From assembly GCA_017936745.1 (NCBI GenBank), contig JAGBEY010000016.1, positions 69,258-133,257 on the forward strand: 64,000 nt of DNA. The letters run 5' to 3'. Shown in pieces: positions 39,342-49,498 of the stretch. The notes under the pieces are model-generated. The model did not search any database. It was not told where the DNA came from and saw only the letters and a program-made list of their open reading frames with translations. Within the stretch, counting starts at the first letter, position 1; each line of letters begins with the position of its first letter. A program made the translations under genes and the position numbers. This stretch comes from Clostridia bacterium (GTDB lineage Bacteria; Bacillota; Clostridia; UMGS1840).

Positions 39342-40370
39342 TTATAAGATTTCCGGAAGATGTGTGGCATCCTCCAGAATATAATCTGCTTCCATATTCT
39401 CAAAAAAACCCTTGGCATCCTTACCATCCACACCAGTGAGAACTGCACAGAATTTACATCCGGCAGCTTTTGCCGCCAGCAAATCGCATAAGGCATCCCC
39501 CACAACCAGCACACGGCTTAGATCCGGCGGATTTTTGAGATATTCTGCAGTAAAGTCTTTCCCCGTTGCAGCTTTTACAAACTGAAAAGGATGAGGCTTT
39601 ACCAGCTTTTTCTCCTGGGGAAGCTTTTCCTGCCAGATGAGCACATCATCATAGCTTACAATCTTGTCCTCATCAAACAAAGATAACACGCCCCAGTTAG
39701 ACAAGGGCCGTTCCAGCTCTGTTTTCGGTCTGCCGCTTCCAATTCCCAGATGATAGCCTTTTTGTTTCAACGCCTGCAACATTGCAACTGTTGGCTCTAA
39801 TCCTAAAAGAGCTTCCTCGGAATCCATCAGCCCGGTATCTCCTTTGGGTGTTGCTTTGGAATGGGGATAAAACGAAAAGTATTTTTTGTCTCCCAAATAC
39901 CAATGCTGAAATTTCAGAACCATTTCCTCATATAATGAGCCGCCTTTTTTTGCATATCCCTCAGGATAATTGAAAATCTCCTCGTATTCCTGAGCGAGAA
40001 CCTCCAGAAGCTCCGGAGCCAAAAGGTTTTTTTCGGTGAGAAAATCAGAAACCTGAGAAAAAATTTCATCTTCCTCCTCGATTCCCTCACTTTTTAAGAT
40101 ATCTGTAACTAAAATCACCGCATACGCCAAATCCCAATTGGAATTGATTCCCAGCGATTTCACAGTTGTCACCGTGTTCTGGTAATCAAAAACCGTATCG
40201 GTAATAGAATCCACATTTTCGTAACAATACTCAGGATTCAGCTCCAAATCTTCACAAAAATATTCGTACACTGTGAGTGCCGCTGCTTTCCAATAGGCAT
40301 ATTCGCCGGTTATGACACCGTCAAGGTCAAACAACACGGTATCAAACTGCCTAGAGTGCCCGTCGTCCAT
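39342..40370 (-). CDS. HAD-superfamily hydrolase with large cap
   Basis: Motif I FDLDGVIT, motif II SGRP, motif III KPHP, motif IV GDALCD. Confidence 0.88.
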   Translation of the reverse strand: MDDGHSRQFDTVLFDLDGVITGEYAYWKAAALTVYEYFCEDLELNPEYCYENVDSITDTVFDYQNTVTTVKSLGINSNWDLAYAVILVTDILKSEGIEEEDEIFSQVSDFLTEKNLLAPELLEVLAQEYEEIFNYPEGYAKKGGSLYEEMVLKFQHWYLGDKKYFSFYPHSKATPKGDTGLMDSEEALLGLEPTVAMLQALKQKGYHLGIGSGRPKTELERPLSNWGVLSLFDEDKIVSYDDVLIWQEKLPQEKKLVKPHPFQFVKAATGKDFTAEYLKNPPDLSRVLVVGDALCDLLAAKAAGCKFCAVLTGVDGKDAKGFFENMEADYILEDATHLPEIL

Positions 40371-40399
40371 AATATTTCTCCATTTCTTATATGTACTGA

Positions 40400-41026
40400 T
40401 TATTCTACTACAAAATCAATTTTACCTGCAACCCCTGCAGTTAAGCCTGCGCGGGTTTTATCACAGGTGAGTGCCTGCTTCAGGCATACCCCAAAGGCAC
40501 GATAAATTGCTTCAAAAATATGATGTGCATTTTTACCTTTTCTGAGATTGATGTGTAAGGTAGCCTGCGCTCCTTGTGCAACACCTTCCAAAAACACAAA
40601 CAAATCTTCAGTAGGAACTCCTTCGGTCATTTCGGGAATTTCTCCTGCCGAATTTTCAAAATCAAAATATGCACGGTCCTCAAAGCTGATTGCCGCTTCT
40701 GCATAGGCTTCGTCGATGATTCCCACGCCATTGCCAAAGCCGATAACACCGTCTTTATAATTTTCATTCACAAAGGATTTCAATGCTTTTCCAAACGCAA
40801 TTCCCAAATCCTCAAACACAACGTGAGACAGCACAAATGTATTTAACTTCACATCGGTTTCCACGGTAAAGCCCCCACGGTATGCAATGTGTTCTATCAT
40901 ATGATTTAAAAAAGGATAAGGGGTATTGATTTTTGCACGGTAATCAGCCGAAAGTTCTGAAAAATCACACAAAATCTTCATTTCCGACTCTGTTGTGGTG
41001 CGAGTAACCTTTACAGTTTGTTTCAT
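40400..41026 (-). CDS. Divergent imidazoleglycerol-phosphate dehydratase (HisB/IGPD)-fold protein
   Basis: RTTTES, FLNHMI, EDLGIAFG, IDEA, TLHI and NAHHIFEA all match IGPD, but the first HHxxE motif and the PSTKG motif are altered. Confidence 0.8.
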   Translation of the reverse strand: MKQTVKVTRTTTESEMKILCDFSELSADYRAKINTPYPFLNHMIEHIAYRGGFTVETDVKLNTFVLSHVVFEDLGIAFGKALKSFVNENYKDGVIGFGNGVGIIDEAYAEAAISFEDRAYFDFENSAGEIPEMTEGVPTEDLFVFLEGVAQGAQATLHINLRKGKNAHHIFEAIYRAFGVCLKQALTCDKTRAGLTAGVAGKIDFVVE

Positions 41027-41090
41027 AGCATATCATTCCTTTCCGTATGAATCAAAGGGTGTTGTTCCGGCCATTGCCGGCAACACAGTT

Positions 41091-41122
41091 AACATTGTAA
41101 CACAATGTTGAGAAAAAATCAA
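41091..41122 (-). promoter_or_regulatory. Sigma-A promoter with overlapping inverted repeat, upstream of the IGPD-like gene
   Basis: TTGATT-17 bp-TACAAT with TG extension. The perfect inverted repeat AACATTGT-aac-ACAATGTT (41091-41109) covers the -10. Confidence 0.65.
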
Positions 41123-41126
41123 GTCC

Positions 41127-43106
<1,980 letters not shown>

Positions 43107-43118
43107 TTAAAACGCTCC

Positions 43119-43754
43119 TTACCTGCCCTGACTCAGGCTTTTATAGTTAATGAAAAAGTTGTAGTCCATAACCTCCCGCACCACGGTGGAACGGTCGATT
43201 TCTTCACAAATATTACGGGACAGCTCTGTGGTATTGGAGGGCGGAAGCAATAACACCGCCACCAAAATAAAGCAAACGGTAATAAAGGATGCCCCCGACA
43301 AAACCATTCCGCAAAGGCGGTTGAGTGTTCCCACTACGGGAACATGATTGATAATATTGGTAAATTTCTTCAGTATCAGTATTCCCAGTTTAATCCCCAG
43401 AATAATCAGGATAATGCTGATGATATTTAAAATGACGGTGGTAATTCCCGATGCCATAGCGGTGGTCAGTGCATCCACATCAAACACTTTGTATTTTGAG
43501 AATAATTGCTCCATTTCCGCAGCAGTTTCATTTCGGGAAAGATACCCCTTAATCCACACAAGAACGCCATTGTTTACCCAGTTGTAAAGAGGTGTTTTCA
43601 TTAGGACGGGCGTAACATAAGGATACAGAAGATATCCGCCGATTGCAGACACAATCATCCCGAGAAATCCCACGAGGGCACGCAGAAAACCTGTTTTATA
43701 TCCTACAAAAAAGGCAACTGCCAGACAAATAATAAAAATAACATCTGCAAGCAT
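43119..43754 (-). CDS. CvpA-family membrane protein
   Basis: N-terminal D.....GYKTGF motif and C-terminal PVVGTLNRLCG motif. Confidence 0.75.
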   Translation of the reverse strand: MLADVIFIICLAVAFFVGYKTGFLRALVGFLGMIVSAIGGYLLYPYVTPVLMKTPLYNWVNNGVLVWIKGYLSRNETAAEMEQLFSKYKVFDVDALTTAMASGITTVILNIISIILIILGIKLGILILKKFTNIINHVPVVGTLNRLCGMVLSGASFITVCFILVAVLLLPPSNTTELSRNICEEIDRSTVVREVMDYNFFINYKSLSQGR

Positions 43755-43779
43755 TTTTCGTTCTCCTTTCCTCTGTGTA

Positions 43780-44937
43780 TTATCGTATGATCATTCGTTC
43801 CTGACCAATGACTGCGATTTTATTTCTGAAATAGTTTGCCGACTTGATTTCAAATTCCATCAGCTCGCTGTCCAGAATTTTTCCGCTTTTGGAAATGCTT
43901 AATATTTCTTTGCGTTTATATACCAAAAATCTGTCTTTGGAAATGTCTGCAATTTTGAGGAAGGAATCCACAGTAAAGCTTTCGGTTTTGCGGCCTTTTT
44001 TATCATACACTTCGCAATAATAGCTTTCGGTTGCAGTATTTTCAAAGCATAGAAGCACCGAACCGTCTGTAAAGCGGTCAAAAAACTTCAGCTTGCGATC
44101 ACTCAGCTGCATAATCAGGCTCAATTCTCCATCGTCTGTCATCAGATACAAGCCGTTGGTGCATAAAATGAGTGTATAACGGTCGGTATAGGAAACCGAA
44201 ATCCCCATATTGTCTCCGATTACCTGCCCTCTCACCGGTTCTTCGGCATCCATACGGAAATAAAGCATTTTGGAGGTGATACCGCCGCCCGAAACGTCGT
44301 TAGTCAAAACTGCCATCATATCTGTTTTGGGGTTAATTTTAGCGTCCACTACATATCCTGTTCCGGAATACCAGGTGTAAAGCTCATTTCCGTATTCGTT
44401 ATACACCTTGACTGCGGCTTTGGAGCCATCCTCGTGTAAAATAACAACAAACTGCCCCTTAGCATTCATATCAGCACGGATAATTTCCTTGTCAAAGCTG
44501 AGCGGTGCAATAATACCGCTTTCGTCAAACAGTAAGGCAGTTGTGCCGGAAATATCATATGCCAATATGGTTTTATCGGAGGTGAGATAGGTTGGCTCTT
44601 TCATTGCACGAATAAAAGGAGAAATGGTGGCATTCACATCATGTGCCACATCTTTTCCGGTGATATTCACCGATTTCAACCCGTCAATAGTGGTAAGGTA
44701 ATATGTATTTTTTAAGCTCACACCGCCTACATACTGCGCCGGAGTATAGTAAACCGGCTCTGCCTGCCCGGGAGACGAAATCATCCCCCCCTGTGAGAAG
44801 AAATACACCCCCACGCCCACCAGTGCCAGAACCAGCACTGCAACCAGCACTTTAACAAAAGAAAATTTCTTTTTCCGCTGGGCACGGGCTTTCCGAAGCT
44901 CTCTTCGTTCTTCTAAGCTCAGTTCTTTTTTCCGCAA
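43780..44937 (-). CDS. Membrane-anchored beta-propeller-like protein (DUF5711-like)
   Basis: Basic N-terminus, single TM helix and a beta-rich ectodomain; adjacent to cvpA. TTG start after RBS AGGAGG. Confidence 0.6.
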   Translation of the reverse strand: MRKKELSLEERRELRKARAQRKKKFSFVKVLVAVLVLALVGVGVYFFSQGGMISSPGQAEPVYYTPAQYVGGVSLKNTYYLTTIDGLKSVNITGKDVAHDVNATISPFIRAMKEPTYLTSDKTILAYDISGTTALLFDESGIIAPLSFDKEIIRADMNAKGQFVVILHEDGSKAAVKVYNEYGNELYTWYSGTGYVVDAKINPKTDMMAVLTNDVSGGGITSKMLYFRMDAEEPVRGQVIGDNMGISVSYTDRYTLILCTNGLYLMTDDGELSLIMQLSDRKLKFFDRFTDGSVLLCFENTATESYYCEVYDKKGRKTESFTVDSFLKIADISKDRFLVYKRKEILSISKSGKILDSELMEFEIKSANYFRNKIAVIGQERMIIR

Positions 44938-44958
44938 AACAATCTGCCTCCTTCCCAA

Positions 44959-45693
44959 TCAATAATACACATCATATAAGTACAAGCCGTGAGGCGGAAC
45001 GGTCATCCCTGCCTCGGTACGACATTTGCTTTTTATAATATTTTCAAGCTCCTCAAGAGACATTTTCCCCGTTCCAATCTGAATGAGTGTGCCTGTAATA
45101 ATCCGCACCATATTATATAAAAATCCGTTTGCAGAAATGCGGATTTCTACCATATCATTCTCTTTGGAAACGGTTAGCTCCGTCACATTGCGGACGGTGG
45201 TTTTTACCTGACCTCCCGATGCCATAAAGCATCGAAAATCCTTTTCTCCCACAATCAGGCCGCACGCCTCCTGCATCTTTTTTACATCCAGCAGAATGGG
45301 ATAAAAATAACTGCGCTTACATTCCAGCGCGTCAGGATATCTCCGATTTAAAATGCGATACACATAAGTCTTATATTTGGGTGAAAAACGGGCGTGAAAT
45401 TCTTCCGGCACTTCACGGCAAAAGCTTACCGTAATATCAGAGGGCAGCAGAGAATTCATCGCCAGAACAAACCGGTCGCAAGGGATGGGAGAATTGGTAT
45501 GCACATTGAAATAATAGCGGATAGCATGAACACCGGCATCGGTTCGACCGCAACCGGTAACACGCAATTCTTCTCCCGTTAAAGTATGAAGCACCCGCTC
45601 CAGCTCGCTCTGAATGGTAATCTGCCCGTCCTGACACTGATACCCATGATAATTTGTGCCGTCATAGGAAATTTGAAACAATAAATTTCTCAT
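44959..45693 (-). CDS. truA: tRNA pseudouridine(38-40) synthase
   Basis: YDGTNYHGYQ, GRTDAGVHA, FHARF and FLYNMVR. Confidence 0.97.
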   Translation of the reverse strand: MRNLLFQISYDGTNYHGYQCQDGQITIQSELERVLHTLTGEELRVTGCGRTDAGVHAIRYYFNVHTNSPIPCDRFVLAMNSLLPSDITVSFCREVPEEFHARFSPKYKTYVYRILNRRYPDALECKRSYFYPILLDVKKMQEACGLIVGEKDFRCFMASGGQVKTTVRNVTELTVSKENDMVEIRISANGFLYNMVRIITGTLIQIGTGKMSLEELENIIKSKCRTEAGMTVPPHGLYLYDVYY

Positions 45694-46499
45694 AATGCCG
45701 CTCCCAACAAATTACAGAGTAAAATAACGGCAATCGCCCCGACAAACAGAATCAAGGCAATGGTATCCTTTTTCTGATATTTCAGCTCTTTGAGCTTGGT
45801 GCGGTCATTCCCACCGTGATAACAACGGGATTCCATAGCAACCGCCAGCTCGTCGGCACGTCGGAAAGCAGAAACAAACAACGGAATCAAAATGGGAACC
45901 AGTGCTTTTGCCCGTTTTAAAATATTTCCTTCGGAAAGTGCCGCGCCTCTTGCCTTTTGTGCTGCCATAATTTTATCGGTTTCTTCAATCAGGGTAGGAA
46001 TAAACCGAAGTGCAATAGACATCATCATGGCAATTTCGTGAGCGGGTACACCGATTTTAGAAAAGGGCTTCAGCAAGCTTTCCATCCCGGAGGTCAAAGT
46101 AATTGGTGTCGTGGTGTAGGTTAAAAAGGAAGTTCCAAGCACCAAAAACACAATTCGCAGCAGCATAAATGCCGACATAACGATTCCCTCTTTGGTAACC
46201 CTTAAAACGCCCCACTTCCAAAGGATTTCTCCATCTGTCATAAACAGGTTCAGAAGTGCGGTAATCGTCATCAAAATCAACAGAGGCTTTAACCCTTTGA
46301 GCAAAAATTTCATCGGTACTTTTGCAGCATAAGACAACGCTATGGTCAGCCCGCCAAGCACCAGAAAGCCCCAAAAATTCTTGATGAAAAAAATGGCAAC
46401 AATATAAATAAAACTAAGTACAATTTTCAAACGGGGGTCTAACTTGTGAACCACCGATTCCGACGGGTAATACTGCCCGATTGTGATATCTTTTAACAT
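45690..46499 (-). CDS. ecfT: ECF transporter transmembrane component T
   Basis: LDPRLK, ALRFIP, AQKARG and AMESRCY. Confidence 0.93.
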   Translation of the reverse strand: MLKDITIGQYYPSESVVHKLDPRLKIVLSFIYIVAIFFIKNFWGFLVLGGLTIALSYAAKVPMKFLLKGLKPLLILMTITALLNLFMTDGEILWKWGVLRVTKEGIVMSAFMLLRIVFLVLGTSFLTYTTTPITLTSGMESLLKPFSKIGVPAHEIAMMMSIALRFIPTLIEETDKIMAAQKARGAALSEGNILKRAKALVPILIPLFVSAFRRADELAVAMESRCYHGGNDRTKLKELKYQKKDTIALILFVGAIAVILLCNLLGAAL

Positions 46500-46501
46500 A
46501 G

Positions 46502-47347
46502 TTATCCTCTCAACTGTAAAATTGCAGAAACTGCATCCGATACGGTGAAAATATTTTCGGGAATGTCTACCCCTTTTTCCCGGAGCTTATGAACCGCTAA
46601 GGTTACCTGCGGAACACTCAGCCCGATTTCGGAAAGCCGGTCGGCATGATGAAACACCTCTGCCAATGTTCCCGTGAGTATGACTTCCCCTTCGTTCAGC
46701 ACCAGAAGCTTGTCGCAATATTTTGCAACATCCTCCATACTATGAGACACCAAAATCACGGTCATATCCATTTGCTTATGAATTTTACGGATACTGTTTA
46801 AAATCTCATCTCTGCCTTTGGGGTCTAACCCTGCTGTGGGTTCGTCCAGAATAAGAACCTTCGGCTCCATCGCCAGAACCCCCGCAATGGCAACCCGTCG
46901 TTTTTGCCCGCCAGATACGGAAAATGGTGATTTTCCTGCCAGTTCGGGAGATAATCCAACCAACTCCATTGCGGTTTTTACCCGCAGATCAATTTCGGTT
47001 TGCGAAAGCCCCATATTGGACGGGCCGAATGCAATATCCTGATAAATGGTTTCCGCAAACAGCTGTTGCTCAGGGTACTGAAACACCAGACCAACCGTAA
47101 AGCATAATCCTTTGGTATCGGCATTTTTCCCGGTAATGACGCGGTCACCGATACGAATTGTGCCGCTGGTAGGCTTTACCAGCCCGTTCAAATGCTGTAC
47201 CAAGGTGGACTTTCCGCTGCCGGAATGCCCGATTAGCCCCACAAACTCCCCGCTTTCAATGGTAAAGTTAATATCCTTGAGCGCTACTTTTTCAAAGGGC
47301 GTTTCAGGGGCATAAATATATGATAAATTTTCAACTGCAATATTCAA
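46502..47347 (-). CDS. ecfA2: ECF transporter ATPase A2
   Basis: [25 protein letters not shown] and DEPTAGLDP. Confidence 0.93.
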   Translation of the reverse strand: MNIAVENLSYIYAPETPFEKVALKDINFTIESGEFVGLIGHSGSGKSTLVQHLNGLVKPTSGTIRIGDRVITGKNADTKGLCFTVGLVFQYPEQQLFAETIYQDIAFGPSNMGLSQTEIDLRVKTAMELVGLSPELAGKSPFSVSGGQKRRVAIAGVLAMEPKVLILDEPTAGLDPKGRDEILNSIRKIHKQMDMTVILVSHSMEDVAKYCDKLLVLNEGEVILTGTLAEVFHHADRLSEIGLSVPQVTLAVHKLREKGVDIPENIFTVSDAVSAILQLRG

Positions 47348-47362
47348 TGTGATTCACCAGAT

Positions 47363-48190
47363 TTATAATACTCTTAAAATTTGTTCTACCAGCTCGTCTG
47401 CCGACAAGATACAGCTTTCCACAGGAAACCCTGCCTGATGGAGCTTGTAGGAAAGCTCGGTAATCTGCGGGACATCCAGCCCCGTCTGTTTTAACATTTC
47501 ATACTGAGAAAAAATCTCCTTGGGCGTGCCGTCCAGAAGAATTTTTCCTTTCTCCATTACCACAACACGGTCAGCAAGTGCCGCTTCCTCCATATTGTGC
47601 GTGATGAGAATTGCAGTAATGCCATAATCCCGGTTAAGCCGTAGAATGGTTTCCACCACTTCTTTTCTGCCTTTGGGGTCTAACATTGCGGTCGGCTCAT
47701 CCAGCACAATCACCGAGGGGCGCATTGCTACAATTCCGGCAATGGCGACCCGTTGCTTCTGCCCTCCCGACAAATGATGGGGAGAACGAAGCCGGTATTC
47801 ATACATTCCTACACATTTCAAGGCATCATCTACCCTCTCGCGAATTTCCCCGGAGGGAACTCCCAAATTTTCAGGAGCGAATGCCACATCATCCTCAATA
47901 ATGGAGGCAACCAGCTGATTATCGGGATTTTGAAACACCAATCCGCAATTTTTACGGATTTCCAGGAGCAGCTCCTCATTTTTGGTATCCATCCCCGAAA
48001 CATAGACACTTCCGCCCTCGGGAAGTAAAATACCGTTAAACAGCTTTGCAAGGGAGGACTTTCCGCTGCCGTTATGCCCGAGCAGTGCGGTAAAGCTGCC
48101 TTTTTCAATTGTTAAGTGAAACTGTTCGAGAACCTTTTTTGCACTGTCCTCATAGCGAAAGGTAAGATTCTCTGCTTTGATAATTTCCAT
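47363..48190 (-). CDS. ecfA1: ECF transporter ATPase A1
   Basis: GHNGSGKS, FQNPDNQ, LSGGQKQR and DEPTAMLDP. Confidence 0.93.
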   Translation of the reverse strand: MEIIKAENLTFRYEDSAKKVLEQFHLTIEKGSFTALLGHNGSGKSSLAKLFNGILLPEGGSVYVSGMDTKNEELLLEIRKNCGLVFQNPDNQLVASIIEDDVAFAPENLGVPSGEIRERVDDALKCVGMYEYRLRSPHHLSGGQKQRVAIAGIVAMRPSVIVLDEPTAMLDPKGRKEVVETILRLNRDYGITAILITHNMEEAALADRVVVMEKGKILLDGTPKEIFSQYEMLKQTGLDVPQITELSYKLHQAGFPVESCILSADELVEQILRVL

Positions 48191-48211
48191 ATTATTTCAT
48201 TCCTCTGTTTG

Positions 48212-49081
48212 CTACTCTGCCTGCCATCTTGCAGTAGAGCCGCAAGGTAAGTATAAGCCTGAATGTCTGGCTTGAAAACCGATTTCATCTGCAGTCACCT
48301 TACCGCCGAATTTTTTTGTGACGGTTAAGTTCAGAATGTTTTCCATTACGGTATTGGACAAGCCGGTGGTGTAGCTGTTGATAATAAAAAATAACGGTTT
48401 CTCTGTTAAAATGCGGGAAGCAAGCTCCACAAGCTCAAAGATTTTGTCTTCAATCTTCCATAATTCTCCATTAGGACCTCTGCCGTATGAGGGAGGATCC
48501 ATAATAATGGCATCGTAGAAATTTTGCCGTTTGATTTCCCGTTCCACAAATTTATAGGCATCGTCCACAATGAAACGAACCTTACCGTTTTGATTCAAAT
48601 TGTTTAATTCCACATTTTCCTTTGCCCAACTCACAATGGATTTTGCCGCATCCAAATGACACACACTTGCCCCCTCTTTTAAGCAGGCAACGGTGGCACC
48701 GCCGGTGTAGGCAAACAAATTCAACACCTTAATTTCCCGATTGGAGGAGCGAATCATATCCCGTGCAAAATCCCAGTTTACCGCCTGTTCAGGAAACAAC
48801 CCCGTATGCTTAAAACCGGTGGGACGCACCTTGAATTTCAAGTCACGGTAAAGAATTTCCCAATGCTCAGGAAGCTTTTTGTAATATTTCCACTCTCCGC
48901 CGCCTTTTTTGCTTCGGAAATATTTGGCATCAATTTTCTGAGAATATTTTTGAATGGAGCCGTGTTTCCACACTACCTGCGGGTCGGGACGAAGAAGCTT
49001 AACATCTTTCCATCGCTCCAGCTTATAGCCGTCTTCCGCCTCCAGCAGTTCAAAGTCTTCCCAATACTCGGAAATCCACAT
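48212..49081 (-). CDS. Class I SAM-dependent methyltransferase (RlmI/RlmK-like)
   Basis: FKHTGLFPEQ, VLNLFAYTGG and DPPSYG. Confidence 0.85.
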   Translation of the reverse strand: MWISEYWEDFELLEAEDGYKLERWKDVKLLRPDPQVVWKHGSIQKYSQKIDAKYFRSKKGGGEWKYYKKLPEHWEILYRDLKFKVRPTGFKHTGLFPEQAVNWDFARDMIRSSNREIKVLNLFAYTGGATVACLKEGASVCHLDAAKSIVSWAKENVELNNLNQNGKVRFIVDDAYKFVEREIKRQNFYDAIIMDPPSYGRGPNGELWKIEDKIFELVELASRILTEKPLFFIINSYTTGLSNTVMENILNLTVTKKFGGKVTADEIGFQARHSGLYLPCGSTARWQAE

Positions 49082-49144
49082 AATTTATCCCCTTTTTTTC
49101 TATCTAAAATCCGTAAATTGCTACAAATGGACATACTTTGATAT

Positions 49145-49173
49145 ATTTTATCACACCCCCACCCTTTTGTCAA
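49145..49173 (-). promoter_or_regulatory. Sigma-A promoter for the methyltransferase-ecf-truA-ligA run
   Basis: TTGACA-17 bp-TAAAAT with TG extension. Confidence 0.8.
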
Positions 49174-49327
49174 GGTTTCCCGAATGGAAAATCACATAAA
49201 AAAACAAAGCAAACCCTATATTTCCGCTTCGTTTTTTTCATAGGCTTCCCCTCTTTCCGGCAGAATCTTTCCTCATAATATCACAAGCACAAAAAAACTC
49301 TGCAGTCTTTTTATAAATACGTAAACA

Positions 49328-49354
49328 AGATTCCTCATACATGCTTGGAATGAC
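49328..49354. repeat. Half copy of a small palindromic intergenic repeat
   Basis: AGATTCCTC...CTTGGAATGAC matches the reverse complement of 55994-56026 (AGATTCCTC...CTTGGAATGAC). Confidence 0.6.
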
Positions 49355-49436
49355 AATCTAAGGCAGCCCGATTTATAGAGGACAATGCCCGCTTTGTCCT
49401 CCATACGGCAAAAGTTTTATTTATAAAAAATATTTC

Positions 49437-49465
49437 TTGCTTTTTTTTCTTTTCTATGATATAAT
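49437..49465 (+). promoter_or_regulatory. Sigma-A promoter for the topoisomerase-ychF-tgt operon
   Basis: TTGCTT-17 bp-TATAAT with TG extension. Confidence 0.78.
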
Positions 49466-49498
49466 AAAATGCAAAAATTTGTGAAGAGGTGAAACTGA

